Shown here piece by piece: positions 8,808-19,897 of a DNA stretch of 43,983 bases. A program made the translations under genes and the position numbers. The DNA lies in the IMG/VR virus record IMGVR_UViG_3300027571_000963, positions 1 through 43,983 of that record, one strand, 5' to 3'. Position 1 is the stretch's first letter. Each line of letters begins with the position of its first letter. The stretch comes from a virus (lineage: Duplodnaviria; Caudoviricetes). The notes beneath the pieces are model-generated. The model saw nothing but the letters and a program-made list of their open reading frames with translations, did no database searches and was not told the origin of the DNA.

Positions 8808-10976
8808 TTATCTTACTACTTCATTTAGTTCTACAAACACTGTCCAGTCAACTGTGGTTGCATCGCTGCCTGTGACTACAATTTTTAAGCTATCGTTTAC
8901 AATGTTAGCACTTGCCGCGCCTGACCAAGTTTGATCGCTGTCAGCAATTGTCTCTGTAATGTTTGAACCAATTAGCCTTAGGCCAGCACTGTTGTTGTCA
9001 ATAATACCACGTACAACAAAACTTGCTGAGTCAGCCCCGCTGGTTGCAACAAACGTAATTTTAAACATCGCAGTTGTGCCACTGGCAATAGTAATTCTGC
9101 TGCCACCATTTAATAGTACTTCTGTTGGAATAGCATTAGTTGTGCGGATCGCCATAACCATATTCTTGATAGCGGCAGTATGGCTAACAGTACTAATTTT
9201 TTGCAGTGTGAAACTTTCAAATGTTACGCTGCCTTTGAATGTTTTATCACCATAGATAGTTGGTTCAGCGTGTTTGTTGTTAACATATGTTTCAGTAGCC
9301 AAGCCAGCAATACTTGGAATGTATGGCTTGTTTGCTAGGTCATTGTAGTTACCACTGAATAGTATTGGGCGGTTAACTAGATCATTGTAGTCACCACTAA
9401 AAATGTCTGGTAAGTTACTTACTTGATTGTAGTCAATATAAGCTGACACCGCTGTACCTAGATCATCTAGTGTAATTCTACTAATAACGGTATCTGGTTC
9501 AGGCTCAATGTTTAGTAACTGTAGTTCATCACCAACTAACATAAGTCTCAGATCGCTGTTGTCTGCTGGTGCGTTAATTAGATCACGATAATCACCACTG
9601 AAAAGAATTGGACGGTTGACTAGGTCGTTATAGTTACCACTAAAGTGATCACCACGTTCCAGTAGCTTTTGTGTTACATAAGACTCAGTGGCATAACCGT
9701 CAAGTGTTATCTGTCCGTTACTTAGAATGTTTGCTAGCTGTTCAGTAACATAAACCTTTGTAGCAAATGTATCTTCTAGGTCAACGTTTTCCCAGAGATT
9801 GTTAACACCGTTCCATATTAATGCTTGGTGCAATGCGTCAAGATTAGTATCAATGGCAACATCATTTAAGTCGCCAACGTTTGCAATTGCTCCAAGTGTT
9901 GCTGCACTTAATTGCTGTTGTACATATGTCTGGGTAGCATAACCAGTAAGATCAACTGATCCGCCGTTGCCGCCGCTGATGTTTGCGACTGCGTTGTCAA
10001 CATATGTCTGGGTAGCATATCCAGTTAAACTTGGGATAGTTGGCGTATTGATTAAATCATTGTAATCACCACTAAAATGTGGTGTCAGTGCCGTTGCAAA
10101 CATTGCATCGACTTGTACACTTGTGTAATATTCGCTTAGGTCAACAGTTGGTTGATAACCAGCAAGAGCAGTTGCTAGTTCAGTGTCAGTTACATATCCG
10201 CTTAGGTCAACAGTGCCTCCAGTTGCTACGTTGGCAATCTGCTGATCAACATAAGCAATACTCGCTAAACCATCTGTACTTGGAATAATTGGCTGATTGT
10301 ATAGGTCCTGATAGTTGCCACTAAAAATAGTTGGCTTATTATACAAGTCGTTGTAGTTTCCAGTAAACAGTGTTGGCTTGTTGGTTAGATCATTATAGTC
10401 GCCGCTAAACACTTCTCCAGCAACATATGCTTTTGTTGCATAAAGTGATAGATCAAATTTTGGTTGGAACGCTGTTAATTGATTAGCGACATATCCAGTT
10501 GTAGCATATCCTGATAGATCTACAGTGGGTTGATAGTTTGCTAGTAGGTTATCTACTTCAGTTTTAGTATAATAGCTTGAAAGATCACCCCCGCTAGCGC
10601 CAGTTAGTGCTGCGGCAATGGCTGTATCAACATATGTTTTAGTAGTATATGAAGTTAAATCTGGCTGGTTGAGCGCAATTTGTTGCGTTACAAATGTTTC
10701 GCTAGCCAATCCGTCAACACTTGGGATCGTTGGTTTGTTAGTAACATTTGTCCAGTCTATAGATGTCGCTGCTCCAGCGTCTATACTATCAATAAGTGAC
10801 TGTACTTGTGCAAGTGTAGCGTATCCAGTTAAGTCTACGGTTGCTATTTCTGCCCGTGTTGTGCGAACAAACAAGTTTTTTCTAGCATCAAATGCCAGCA
10901 TGTCGCCCTCAACAAATTTAATACTAGTATCAATAATACTATTGCCAGTATTACTATTATACGCCTTAATTGCCAA
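8808..10976 (-). CDS. Repeat-rich fibre-like structural protein
   Basis: 8 F(S/T)G(D/N)YxDLxNxP repeats, about 10 DL(S/T)xY(A/Y)T..(Y/E)V repeats, beta-rich C-terminus. Confidence 0.75.
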   Translation of the reverse strand: MAIKAYNSNTGNSIIDTSIKFVEGDMLAFDARKNLFVRTTRAEIATVDLTGYATLAQVQSLIDSIDAGAATSIDWTNVTNKPTIPSVDGLASETFVTQQIALNQPDLTSYTTKTYVDTAIAAALTGASGGDLSSYYTKTEVDNLLANYQPTVDLSGYATTGYVANQLTAFQPKFDLSLYATKAYVAGEVFSGDYNDLTNKPTLFTGNYNDLYNKPTIFSGNYQDLYNQPIIPSTDGLASIAYVDQQIANVATGGTVDLSGYVTDTELATALAGYQPTVDLSEYYTSVQVDAMFATALTPHFSGDYNDLINTPTIPSLTGYATQTYVDNAVANISGGNGGSVDLTGYATQTYVQQQLSAATLGAIANVGDLNDVAIDTNLDALHQALIWNGVNNLWENVDLEDTFATKVYVTEQLANILSNGQITLDGYATESYVTQKLLERGDHFSGNYNDLVNRPILFSGDYRDLINAPADNSDLRLMLVGDELQLLNIEPEPDTVISRITLDDLGTAVSAYIDYNQVSNLPDIFSGDYNDLVNRPILFSGNYNDLANKPYIPSIAGLATETYVNNKHAEPTIYGDKTFKGSVTFESFTLQKISTVSHTAAIKNMVMAIRTTNAIPTEVLLNGGSRITIASGTTAMFKITFVATSGADSASFVVRGIIDNNSAGLRLIGSNITETIADSDQTWSGAASANIVNDSLKIVVTGSDATTVDWTVFVELNEVVR

Positions 10977-10991
10977 TTTTTACTACCCCCA

Positions 10992-11363
10992 TTAAATCAT
11001 TAATACTACTTTGTCAACTAATCCATGAACTGATGGGTTATAGTTTTGATCTATTAAGTAGCTTCTATCGACAACAGTCCTAATATAAACGAAGTTTCCA
11101 ATAAAACTTGTACCAAGTGTTTCTGATTCATTGTCCCACTCAATATGTGCCGTGTCTTGCTGTAATTGAATAAAGAACCAATCTTCTTCTGTAGGATTTT
11201 CTAACAGTGTTGCCTGTAAGTAAATACGGCCAGTGAAGTTTGTTACGTGGAAACTTACCGTGTGTAAACCATCCGCAAAGCCATAAAAGCCGTCACCGCG
11301 AGCTTTATCTCCAGTGTACGACATTTGCGTTTGATTTGATAATATTATTGTGCTGCTTGCCAT
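10992..11363 (-). CDS. Hypothetical phage protein (GDGFYGFADGLHTV), likely structural
   Basis: ORF in a late operon upstream of the fibre gene. Confidence 0.7.
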   Translation of the reverse strand: MASSTIILSNQTQMSYTGDKARGDGFYGFADGLHTVSFHVTNFTGRIYLQATLLENPTEEDWFFIQLQQDTAHIEWDNESETLGTSFIGNFVYIRTVVDRSYLIDQNYNPSVHGLVDKVVLMI

Positions 11364-11369
11364 GTCTTG

Positions 11370-11546
11370 TTATCCGTTGTTATCCATAGTCTCAATTTCA
11401 ACCAGTGAACCTTCATCAGCTAGAGTTTTAATAACTTCTTCTAGCTGTGCTAATGCGTCCGCATCTAAGGCTGGACGACTAGTATCTGAATCTTTTACTA
11501 GCTTACTAACTTTAACAACGATAATAGACTCGTTAATTTTTGCCAT
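11370..11546 (-). CDS. Small hypothetical protein, 58 aa (MAKINESIIVVKVSKLVKD...)
   Basis: Not in ORF track. AGGAG RBS and TAAATA box at 11571-11576. Confidence 0.8.
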   Translation of the reverse strand: MAKINESIIVVKVSKLVKDSDTSRPALDADALAQLEEVIKTLADEGSLVEIETMDNNG

Positions 11547-11586
11547 TTGTGAGCTCTCCTTTAATAATAGTATTTATTAAAAAAGC

Positions 11587-12270
11587 TCAGTCTAAACTGT
11601 CTAGTGTTATTGCACGTGTTACTTTAATGCTGAGTGTGTTACTGAACGCCATTTTAAACAACATAATAGCTGCCTCGTTATTAGTGTAGATATAAGGTAT
11701 GGTAGTCATACGGCGTCCAGTGTATCTATAATTATAATATCCCCCAGCGCGGCGCAGTATTTTGTTATCAGTGGTATCAAATTGATCCATTGCCCAGTCA
11801 TAGGCTGCAATCATTTCCTCATCAGTGGTATTACTACGCCACGGACGCGATGCATTTATTCTAAATTTATACTTTCCATGATACAGTTGTTTTCTGAATT
11901 CACTTTTGTCATCTAAATTTTGAATAATCTTGGCATGGTCTGCGTTAATTGGTGAAATAATACTTTCAATAGGATATCCGCTTTGGTATACAATCCAATC
12001 TACAAACCCGCGGTGACTTGTATAAACTGTTAGCCTGTAGTGAAACTTTATATCATCGCTTTGCTGTGTATGAGAAAAATTTAAGTTCATAAGACGGCGT
12101 GTTCTATGACTAATATCATCACTTGCTTTGCGATTTGGAATAATATAGTGTTGTAAATTTACATAGTTATATTGAGTGTACGGTCCAATAGTAATCGCAC
12201 ACTCATATTTTCCGTAATATAGTTTATTACTTTGCACCCATTTAGGATGTTGGGTCAGGTCTTGCATCAA
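11587..12270 (-). CDS. Hypothetical protein
   Basis: Long ORF overlapping the end of clpA. Confidence 0.7.
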   Translation of the reverse strand: MMQDLTQHPKWVQSNKLYYGKYECAITIGPYTQYNYVNLQHYIIPNRKASDDISHRTRRLMNLNFSHTQQSDDIKFHYRLTVYTSHRGFVDWIVYQSGYPIESIISPINADHAKIIQNLDDKSEFRKQLYHGKYKFRINASRPWRSNTTDEEMIAAYDWAMDQFDTTDNKILRRAGGYYNYRYTGRRMTTIPYIYTNNEAAIMLFKMAFSNTLSIKVTRAITLDSLD

Positions 12271-14635
12271 TTAAAGCCTCTGGTTTTCTATCACTCTTCA
12301 CAGTGATAATAGTCTGGGTGCCATCCCAGTTTACAGTAAACTTTGAATTATGGATTTCTCCATGCTCCATCATAAACTTGGCCAGTGGTAGTTTAACTTT
12401 CTCGTTAATTAGTCGTGCTAGTGGGCGAGCGCCCATTGCTGGATCAAAGCCTTCTTTTTCCAAATAGTCTTTCAAATCCTGCGTCCAGGTTAGTTCAATA
12501 TTACGGCCTGCTGTCAAGCCTTCAATTTGACCCAAGAACTTAACAACGATACGTTGCATATTCTCTGGCCGTAGTGCATTAAAGCGAACAATAGCATCCA
12601 AACGGTTGCGGAATTCAGGAGCAAAGAAGTTGTTGATTGCATCGTCAACTGCTTTAGAGTTGTATGTCTTGTCGCTAAATCCAATAGATTTAGTTGCGCC
12701 TTCACGAGCGCCAAGGTTACTGGTCATTATAATGATAGCGTTCTTGGCACTTACTTTTTTACCTGTGCTGCTGGTAATAACACCCTCATCAAGTAGTGAC
12801 AGTAGAACAGTCATAATGTCTGGGTGTGCTTTTTCAACTTCGTCTAGTAGCAACACACAGTTTGGACTATCTTCAAGGTTGCTGATAAGCAAACCATCGC
12901 CAGCTTTGCCGTCACCATGTCCTACATATCCTGGAGGGCTACCAATAAGTTTACTTACAGTGTGACGCTCCTGATATTCAGCCATGTCGTAACGCACAAG
13001 TTTCATACCCATAGCTTGTGCCAAACGTTTTGCGAGTTCTGTTTTACCAACACCAGTAGGTCCAGTAAACAAGAATGAGCCAACTGGCTTAGTAGGATCT
13101 TTTAGTCCTGCCATGCTAACAGTAATAGCATCACATACACGAATAATAGCTGCATCTTGACCAAACACTGTGCCTTTGAGATAGTCCTCAACGTGTCCGT
13201 GCTTATTAATGGTATGCTCCTCAGTTTGGTTACCCAAATGCTCTGCTGGAATACCAACTGTACGTGCTACTTCATTACGAATTTCTGTAGCACTAATAAT
13301 TGATACTTGTTGATCACTTGGTAGAATCTTATTATACGCACACGCACGGTCAATGATATCAAATGCTTTGTCTGGTAGTTTTTTGTTAAACACATATTCA
13401 GCGGTCAGGTCAACTGCCAAGTCACATGCTTCAGGATCAATATCAAATCCATGGTGTACTTCGTAACTCACAATAGTATTACGTAGGATTTCTTTTGCTT
13501 CTTCTACACTTGGTTCACCAACGTTGATTTTAGTAAAGCGGCGGGCAAGTGCGCTTTCCTTCTCAAAAATCTTACGGAATTCTTCATCTGTAGTTGCACC
13601 GATTACTTTTAGTGTGCCGCCGCTTAGTGCTGGTTTAATCATGTTGCCAGCGTCCATGGCGCCGCCACCAGTACTACCGGCACCGATAACCATATGGATT
13701 TCGTCAATAAACAGGATCACATCGTCAACTAGTTCAAGTGCCTCGACCAAGTTCTTCATACGTTCTTCAAAGTCACCACGATATTTTGTTCCAGCAACTA
13801 GCTTTCCCATATCTAGTGATAGTACAGTATACTTTTCCATTACTCCTGGAACATTGCCTTCAACGATAAGTTTAGCAAGTCCCTCGACAATAGCAGTTTT
13901 ACCTACCCCACTTGGGCCGACAAGGATAGCGTTGGATTTTTTCTTACGGGAAAGTGTTTGTACAAGATCACGTAGTTCTTCACGACGACCAACAACATCG
14001 TCGTATTCAGGACTTACTTGATTCATGTTAACTGTGAATTGTGATAGTACGTCCCAGGCTTGACTTGTTTTGTTTGTATTACGAGCACGTTGCCGTTGCT
14101 TATTGTTTGAAACTACTTTTCGGTATTCCGGAGGCCCAAACTCGTCTTGTTCCTCACGCTCTTCGTCAGTCAACTGACTCATACGATCTTCAAACTCCAT
14201 CTGCTGCGGTAGATGAACATCGCGCAACCAGTCAATAATTGAGATACGATCAAGTCCCATTTCGGCACTGAAAAGACTTGCTGCGCTGTTATCTTCACTC
14301 AAAATACTTTGTAGCAAATCTATCTGATTGATAGCTTGTTTACCTTGAAATAGTGCTTGTGTTAACGCACGATTAAATACACGCTCAAGCATCTGTGTTT
14401 TACGCGGCTGAATCTCTTCATCAGGAGCGCCTTCTAGTTCAGTACAATCTTGCTTCAAATACTCTAGAAGAGATTCCTGAATACCCACACAATCTGCTTG
14501 AACTTCATAGCACATAGCACGTACTGAAACATCGTCCATGACAACGATTGTCAAGTGTTCGATTGTTACGTATTGGTGACGTAGTTTTTTAGCCAAGTTG
14601 ATTGACTGTAGGACAATATTTTCAATTTCTGACAT
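12242..14635 (-). CDS. clpA: ATP-dependent Clp protease ATPase, ClpA-type
   Basis: Clp-N domain, two AAA+ modules ([16 protein letters not shown]), KYRG and GYVG pore loops, IGF loop, no ClpB M-domain. Confidence 0.92.
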   Translation of the reverse strand: MSEIENIVLQSINLAKKLRHQYVTIEHLTIVVMDDVSVRAMCYEVQADCVGIQESLLEYLKQDCTELEGAPDEEIQPRKTQMLERVFNRALTQALFQGKQAINQIDLLQSILSEDNSAASLFSAEMGLDRISIIDWLRDVHLPQQMEFEDRMSQLTDEEREEQDEFGPPEYRKVVSNNKQRQRARNTNKTSQAWDVLSQFTVNMNQVSPEYDDVVGRREELRDLVQTLSRKKKSNAILVGPSGVGKTAIVEGLAKLIVEGNVPGVMEKYTVLSLDMGKLVAGTKYRGDFEERMKNLVEALELVDDVILFIDEIHMVIGAGSTGGGAMDAGNMIKPALSGGTLKVIGATTDEEFRKIFEKESALARRFTKINVGEPSVEEAKEILRNTIVSYEVHHGFDIDPEACDLAVDLTAEYVFNKKLPDKAFDIIDRACAYNKILPSDQQVSIISATEIRNEVARTVGIPAEHLGNQTEEHTINKHGHVEDYLKGTVFGQDAAIIRVCDAITVSMAGLKDPTKPVGSFLFTGPTGVGKTELAKRLAQAMGMKLVRYDMAEYQERHTVSKLIGSPPGYVGHGDGKAGDGLLISNLEDSPNCVLLLDEVEKAHPDIMTVLLSLLDEGVITSSTGKKVSAKNAIIIMTSNLGAREGATKSIGFSDKTYNSKAVDDAINNFFAPEFRNRLDAIVRFNALRPENMQRIVVKFLGQIEGLTAGRNIELTWTQDLKDYLEKEGFDPAMGARPLARLINEKVKLPLAKFMMEHGEIHNSKFTVNWDGTQTIITVKSDRKPEALIDARPDPTS

Positions 14636-15308
14636 TCTTTAGCCTTGTAATAAACTCTTCTATTTTATCGTTTGTATCTAGTATTGGTACTCTTAACCGT
14701 AAATGTATGTTGAGATTACCGCGTTTGTTTGTTCTTCTATTATACATGCCTTGCTCCGGTATTGTCAAGATATATCCAGTGGTTGCTCCAGCTGGTATGG
14801 ATATTTCCAATAGTTCATCCGTGGGACCTACTATACTTATGTTTCTACCCAGCATGGCTTCAATTAAATCTAATTCATATTCCATTATAAGACTAAATCC
14901 GTGTCTTGTAAAGTCTTTATGTGCTTGTTCTTTAATATTTAATATAAAATTTTGACTGTCGCCACGGACTTTTATCTTCTCGTTAACTTGTGCACCTGGA
15001 CGTATTTTTACTTTAAGTAGCACTCCGTCTACATCAACATAGTCGTTAACGCCTTCTATTTGCTGTTTTAGTGTTAGCTTTAGATTCACTAGTTTTGTTT
15101 CAGGGGCTTTAACAATAGGCACCATCTGATTATTTTTTAACTTGTTGTAGGCTGCGTTTATAATTTTAAATGTTTCCAAATCACCACTATCTCTGTCAGG
15201 GTGGTATTTCATTGCGAGACGCTTAAACGCTTCGCGGATTTCTTCCTGTGAAGCGTTTTCTGATATTCCTAAAATATCCCAGGGATTACGATTACGGCTG
15301 TGCTTCAT
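14622..15308 (-). CDS. DnaJ/CbpA-like co-chaperone without zinc finger
   Basis: J-domain with HPD and a DnaJ C-terminal-like region. Confidence 0.88.
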   Translation of the reverse strand: MKHSRNRNPWDILGISENASQEEIREAFKRLAMKYHPDRDSGDLETFKIINAAYNKLKNNQMVPIVKAPETKLVNLKLTLKQQIEGVNDYVDVDGVLLKVKIRPGAQVNEKIKVRGDSQNFILNIKEQAHKDFTRHGFSLIMEYELDLIEAMLGRNISIVGPTDELLEISIPAGATTGYILTIPEQGMYNRRTNKRGNLNIHLRLRVPILDTNDKIEEFITRLKNVRN

Positions 15309-15645
15309 AGTATCGTTGGTAGGCTGCTATTATTGCTCTTTGTTGTTGAACTAATTTTAGCAAGTCTGCCATATTTAATGATAGACGTTCATAACCATCG
15401 CTGGTTAATGCTATCAATACTATGTGCTGTCCGGAGTCTTCTAAATCTTTAAATACTTGTTCTATGTTGTCTGGGGTAACAACAATCCATTCTACAGTTC
15501 TAGAGTTAAATTCATCAACAGGTGGCAGAACTATCACAGGCTTTTCAATTGGTCGCTGATCAACAACTATTGGCTCAACAGGTTTACTGCACGCCGTTAG
15601 TGTTAGTGCTGCTACTAATGCTATCGCAATTTTTGTATAAGTCAC
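15292..15645 (-). CDS. o-spanin-like lipoprotein (Rz1-like)
   Basis: GTG start after GGAGA, lipobox LTAC, Pro-rich segment, overlaps the i-spanin end. Confidence 0.7.
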   Translation of the reverse strand: MTYTKIAIALVAALTLTACSKPVEPIVVDQRPIEKPVIVLPPVDEFNSRTVEWIVVTPDNIEQVFKDLEDSGQHIVLIALTSDGYERLSLNMADLLKLVQQQRAIIAAYQRYYEAQP

Positions 15646-16075
15646 TGTCAGTCTCCACATTAGCGCCTGAAATTTGTTCAAAACACTTAAACACATCTTG
15701 TGTCGCTGTATTTACTATCGTTTGAACAAGCCCTGGTCTTGCCGCTGCCAGTGCGCCAAAATCACGCTGTTGCCCAGCACTTGTCTCGTTAAATCTTCTC
15801 TCTAGGTCTTGCACCGTTCTACGACTATCAGCAAATTGCTGATTTAATGTACGAACAGTTGTTTGCATTACTTGTATATTTTGTTGTAGTGCCGCAGTTG
15901 CCGCTCGTTGTGTTTCTAATGCGATTTCAAGACGTGCTTGGTTAGCTGCATACTGTGCTAGTTTTGCTTGGGTATCATTATAATAGTAATATGCAGCATA
16001 GGACGCTGCACCCAATAATGCCAGCATTATCAGGTATATTTTAATTCTGTTAAAGAATCCTATTAATAAACCCAT
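15584..16075 (-). CDS. i-spanin-like protein (Rz-like)
   Basis: N-terminal TM, long coiled coil, C-terminal Cys residues, overlapping lipoprotein gene. Confidence 0.7.
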   Translation of the reverse strand: MGLLIGFFNRIKIYLIMLALLGAASYAAYYYYNDTQAKLAQYAANQARLEIALETQRAATAALQQNIQVMQTTVRTLNQQFADSRRTVQDLERRFNETSAGQQRDFGALAAARPGLVQTIVNTATQDVFKCFEQISGANVETDSDLYKNCDSISSSTNTNGVQ

Positions 16076-16293
16076 TACTTGAACCTGTATGTAATTCTAC
16101 CCTTATTAAGATCATATGGTGTCATTTCTACTTCTACCATATCACCGAGTAATATGTTAATATTGAATCTACGGATCTTGCCGCTAATAATGCCAATTAC
16201 TACATGCTTGTTCTCAAGCTCTACTTTAAACATGGCATTAGGCAAACATTCAATAATTTTGCCTTTAAATTTAATTCCGTCTTCTTTAGCCAT
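16075..16293 (-). CDS. infA: Translation initiation factor IF-1
   Basis: MAKED...[12 protein letters not shown]...ISGKIR...[21 protein letters not shown]. Confidence 0.97.
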   Translation of the reverse strand: MAKEDGIKFKGKIIECLPNAMFKVELENKHVVIGIISGKIRRFNINILLGDMVEVEMTPYDLNKGRITYRFK

Positions 16294-16820
16294 TAATATT
16301 TGTTCAAAAACTTTATACGTTCACTGATAGCCGCAGCATCTTTATTATGACGCTTGACATATTCATAGCTATCAGATACTACGCTGGTATTAAACGCTTC
16401 AGCACTCCACAATTGCGGAGACTTATTCTCGTAACTAATAAAAGTCCATTCGTTGATTTCATTGTCTACTTGCTTGATGTCCTCTAGCATACGATCTAGG
16501 TTACTGAATAATTTGCTGTCGCGTTTAAACTCTATAAACACTGTGTAAAGACCCTTGTCGTTAGGGCCTGGGGAAATATCTACATCCATTGCTTCTGGAA
16601 AGCCTGTTTCCAAAAAATGACTTAGATCCTGTGCTGGATAGATGCCGTTAATTTTTACTGCAACTACGACTGCCTTATCGTCATCTGCAACTTTGCTCTT
16701 GTATTGATCAATACTGATTACTGGATCAATAAGTGCTTTTAGATCGTTTGACTGAATTGCCTCGTCTAGTTTTTTATTATTCTGCTCTGATTGCATCTTC
16801 ATCACCCAATCCATCATCAT
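16293..16820 (-). CDS. Hypothetical phage protein (start may be 16796)
   Basis: ORF coupled to infA by TAATG. Confidence 0.75.
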   Translation of the reverse strand: MMMDWVMKMQSEQNNKKLDEAIQSNDLKALIDPVISIDQYKSKVADDDKAVVVAVKINGIYPAQDLSHFLETGFPEAMDVDISPGPNDKGLYTVFIEFKRDSKLFSNLDRMLEDIKQVDNEINEWTFISYENKSPQLWSAEAFNTSVVSDSYEYVKRHNKDAAAISERIKFLNKY

Positions 16821-17304
16821 ATGCGTTTTCTACCGCATCAGAATCAATATTCATATCGTCTGTTTGTTTCTTAGCTGTTACTAAATCATCCATTGGACCA
16901 CGTGGTAGTTCGATTGTGACTAGCCAGACTGGACGTTCAATTTTCTTAGCACGTGGTTTACCTGGACGCAAGCCATCGCCACCATCTACAATATCACGAT
17001 CTTCTGGATCAACCAGCTTTGCTGCGGTTACTAGCTTGTCTTTAGCATAATATACTTTGCCACCAAAATCAATGATACGTTCAGCACCACTTGGGTCTGG
17101 CATTAACTTATATGGATACATTATTGTTACTGTAACCCAGTAACGTTCAATGCGTGGGCCTTCAACAACCTCACCTTCAATCCAGTTCTTGTAAGCATAC
17201 ACATTTAGCCGCTCAAGAACATTGTCAATCTGCATTAGTGTCTCTAATGCGCTGTTGCTATTAATATTATTGTCAAGTTGACTAACGATATCTGTTTGAT
17301 CCAT
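16777..17304 (-). CDS. Hypothetical phage protein, first gene of the late operon containing infA
   Basis: TAAATA at 17327-17332; RBS GAGG. Confidence 0.75.
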   Translation of the reverse strand: MDQTDIVSQLDNNINSNSALETLMQIDNVLERLNVYAYKNWIEGEVVEGPRIERYWVTVTIMYPYKLMPDPSGAERIIDFGGKVYYAKDKLVTAAKLVDPEDRDIVDGGDGLRPGKPRAKKIERPVWLVTIELPRGPMDDLVTAKKQTDDMNIDSDAVENAYDDGLGDEDAIRAE

Positions 17305-17428
17305 GAATATATTTCCTCTGTAATACTATTTATGCTTTTTACTTTTCTGTAGTGTTAATTTCAAATTTTAAGGTGTTAAATACATGTGCGGGTAGCTCAG
17401 TAGGGTTATTAACTTAATAGGAGTTAAC

Positions 17429-18157
17429 ATGGCTAAAAGAGCTCGTAGAACAAAAAACCAAGAACACCAGGAAGAAGGTGTGATCCAACTTAATGGTATG
17501 AAACGCCGTCAGCGTTATGTTACCATGATTCCAAAAAATCTCCGCCAAGAAGATTATATTGAAATGCTGGACGATGATCACAAGTATATTGTATTTGCGA
17601 TGGGACCAGCAGGCACAGGTAAGACACTGTTAGCAGTGCTTGCAGCAATTCGTGCCCTAAAGAATGGCAAGATCGAAAAGATAGTTGTCACCCGTCCTGC
17701 GGTAAGTGTTGACGAACAACACGGGTTCCTTCCAGGTACATTGGAAGAAAAAATGGCTCCATGGACACGACCAATCTTTGACGTATTCCAAGAATATTTC
17801 ACTCCACTACAGATTGAAAGTATGCTTGCTGACAACATCATTGAGATTGCACCATTGGCTTATATGCGTGGTCGCACATTTAAGAACGCATTTATTATTG
17901 CGGACGAAATGCAAAACGCAACACCCTCACAGATGAAGATGTTGCTAACACGTATTGGTACAGGTAGTAGAATCGTTGTTACTGGTGACCTAGCTCAACA
18001 TGATAGGGGATATGAACAAAACGGTCTCAAGGATTTTATCGCGAGACTAAAACAACGCCAAAATAAAATGTTTGGTATTGTGGAATTCCAACGTGAAGAC
18101 GTGGAAAGACACGAAGCAGTCACCGCTGTACTGCACATTTACGGCGACGAAGATTAA
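17429..18157 (+). CDS. phoH: PhoH family ATPase
   Basis: GPAGTGKT, RP, GFLPG, YMRGRT, DEMQN, GDxxQ motifs. Confidence 0.97.
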   Translation: MAKRARRTKNQEHQEEGVIQLNGMKRRQRYVTMIPKNLRQEDYIEMLDDDHKYIVFAMGPAGTGKTLLAVLAAIRALKNGKIEKIVVTRPAVSVDEQHGFLPGTLEEKMAPWTRPIFDVFQEYFTPLQIESMLADNIIEIAPLAYMRGRTFKNAFIIADEMQNATPSQMKMLLTRIGTGSRIVVTGDLAQHDRGYEQNGLKDFIARLKQRQNKMFGIVEFQREDVERHEAVTAVLHIYGDED

Positions 18158-18163
18158 TTATAA

Positions 18164-18742
18164 CTAACCAAGGACAACTTTGGTAATTTCAGCCCAGTCG
18201 GCTACCCGCACAACATCTTCGTTAACGTAATCTGCATTGTGAGCGTGAGAAATAAGCAAGCTCTTGAGGCCAAACTTTGTGCCGCAAGCCGCGTTTTCTG
18301 GCTTATCTTCAATCCAAAATAGTTCGGACCCAGTGTACCGTACCAGTACTTCGTCTTTATCAGCGCCAGTGTCCAAGCAAATTAGCTCAGTGAACACACC
18401 CTTCCCAAAAACATCTTCCAAGTTCTTCATCCGCAGTTTGGCAGCATTGGGATCCAAACTTAGCGAAGTAATACACACAAACTTGTATCCTGCTTCAACC
18501 AGCGTTGCAACACCACTACGAGCATCACGGAATGCAGGAAGGAAAGCCATCCAAGCACTTTCGTTAAATTCACGAACGTGATCTTTAGCCTCTGCTTTGG
18601 GCATTCCATAAGCAACACTCAAGTCATATACAGCGTCAACAACTTTGTCGTAGCCTTTAGCCCGCATCCAATCGTGAAACGCAGCCTCCCAGTCTAGCAG
18701 CACACCGTCGCAGTCTGTGAGGATAATCTTGTCAGTCATCAT
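18164..18742 (-). CDS. HAD-family phosphatase (T4 gp30.2-like)
   Basis: ILTDCDGVLLDW and WIEDK motifs. Confidence 0.85.
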   Translation of the reverse strand: MMTDKIILTDCDGVLLDWEAAFHDWMRAKGYDKVVDAVYDLSVAYGMPKAEAKDHVREFNESAWMAFLPAFRDARSGVATLVEAGYKFVCITSLSLDPNAAKLRMKNLEDVFGKGVFTELICLDTGADKDEVLVRYTGSELFWIEDKPENAACGTKFGLKSLLISHAHNADYVNEDVVRVADWAEITKVVLG

Positions 18743-18766
18743 ATTTTCTTTCTCTGTTACAATACT

Positions 18767-18795
18767 AATATAAGCAATATGTCTTGGTTTGTCAA
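18767..18795 (-). promoter_or_regulatory. sigma70-type promoter
   Basis: TTGACA-17 nt-TATATT. Confidence 0.7.
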
Positions 18796-18837
18796 GAACT
18801 TTTTAGAAAAAAATGTCATTATTTTTGGGGGTGGCCG

Positions 18838-19614
18838 TCACCTTTCATTTGGTCTCCGAATTTTTTCTAAATAAAATACATCTTTTGTTGGATAGGTGTC
18901 TCGTGCTAATTCTGGATAATGGTTTGGGGTAAGTATGTATTCCCAATTGCTATGACTTTGGAATGAGGGAGACATACGCTGTATCATGCCATTGTTACGT
19001 TCTAACAGTTCCATAAAATAATCCACTCCTTTTTCATGCAAAAGAGTGACAAATTTATTATTGAAAATCATAATTACGTCATTCATTACCCCAAATTGAT
19101 TTACAGGATAGAACACTGCTGGTTGATGATCTCTAGATAAAAACTTATTGATACCGTTTTCTAATTTAGCAATCGAAGTTTCTTCATGTACATCAGGAGT
19201 AAGGTATGAGTCCCACCTTGCTTTTATATATAAATCATAAGTTTTATCAGGTATAAGCAAAGACTTTAGACCGCTGACATGCTGTCCTATTGCATGTTTT
19301 GTACTATTAAAAATGTTATCAAAATTTAACGGAGAATGTATATCTTCTCTAGTTAAATATCCCCTCAAAAATGGTTTACCCAATACCCAATCATTAATAA
19401 CTTCTTTTACTGGATCTATTTGTATACTTTTAAAATCTAACCCCCTGGGAATTTCATTGTCATCCCAGGTATGTCCATAGAAATCTACATCTATACAAGA
19501 TTCTAATTGTTTAAGATCGTACACGAACTGACGCCAAGACTCAGCATTACCTTCGTTGAAAGTACGTACTTCTGAACTAAAGCATACTGCTATTCTTATT
19601 TGTTTTTTTAACAT
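18838..19614 (-). CDS. Hypothetical protein, possibly glycosyltransferase-like
   Basis: IAVCFSS.VR, FYGHTW, YDLYIKARWD pattern. Confidence 0.45.
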   Translation of the reverse strand: MLKKQIRIAVCFSSEVRTFNEGNAESWRQFVYDLKQLESCIDVDFYGHTWDDNEIPRGLDFKSIQIDPVKEVINDWVLGKPFLRGYLTREDIHSPLNFDNIFNSTKHAIGQHVSGLKSLLIPDKTYDLYIKARWDSYLTPDVHEETSIAKLENGINKFLSRDHQPAVFYPVNQFGVMNDVIMIFNNKFVTLLHEKGVDYFMELLERNNGMIQRMSPSFQSHSNWEYILTPNHYPELARDTYPTKDVFYLEKIRRPNER

Positions 19615-19897
19615 TGGCGTGATGTTTCCTCAGGCTTCCGAGTGCAGTGCTAACGATACTTGGGTACTCGCCTACGAAGCTACCTGCTTTTAACATGTCT
19701 GTATTTAGTAAGTGCTTGTGTTGGTGTGCCAAGTCATCCAATACTTCTAGTATAGTTTTAGCCAAGTTGTCATAGAACGCATCACTAAAAATAGGATCAT
19801 CTTCTACATAATAAGCATATGATGCCATAAGATAATATGGCACCATCATGTTTATATTCTTAGAGAATAACTCTGCTGCGTAATCGTCTAAGATCAT
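19577..19897 (-). CDS. Stand-alone protein resembling the N-terminal (Ia) domain of NAD-dependent DNA ligase
   Basis: AYYVEDDPIFSDAFYDNL resembles LigA YY..D.P..SD..YD.L. Confidence 0.65.
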   Translation of the reverse strand: MILDDYAAELFSKNINMMVPYYLMASYAYYVEDDPIFSDAFYDNLAKTILEVLDDLAHQHKHLLNTDMLKAGSFVGEYPSIVSTALGSLRKHHANVKKTNKNSSML

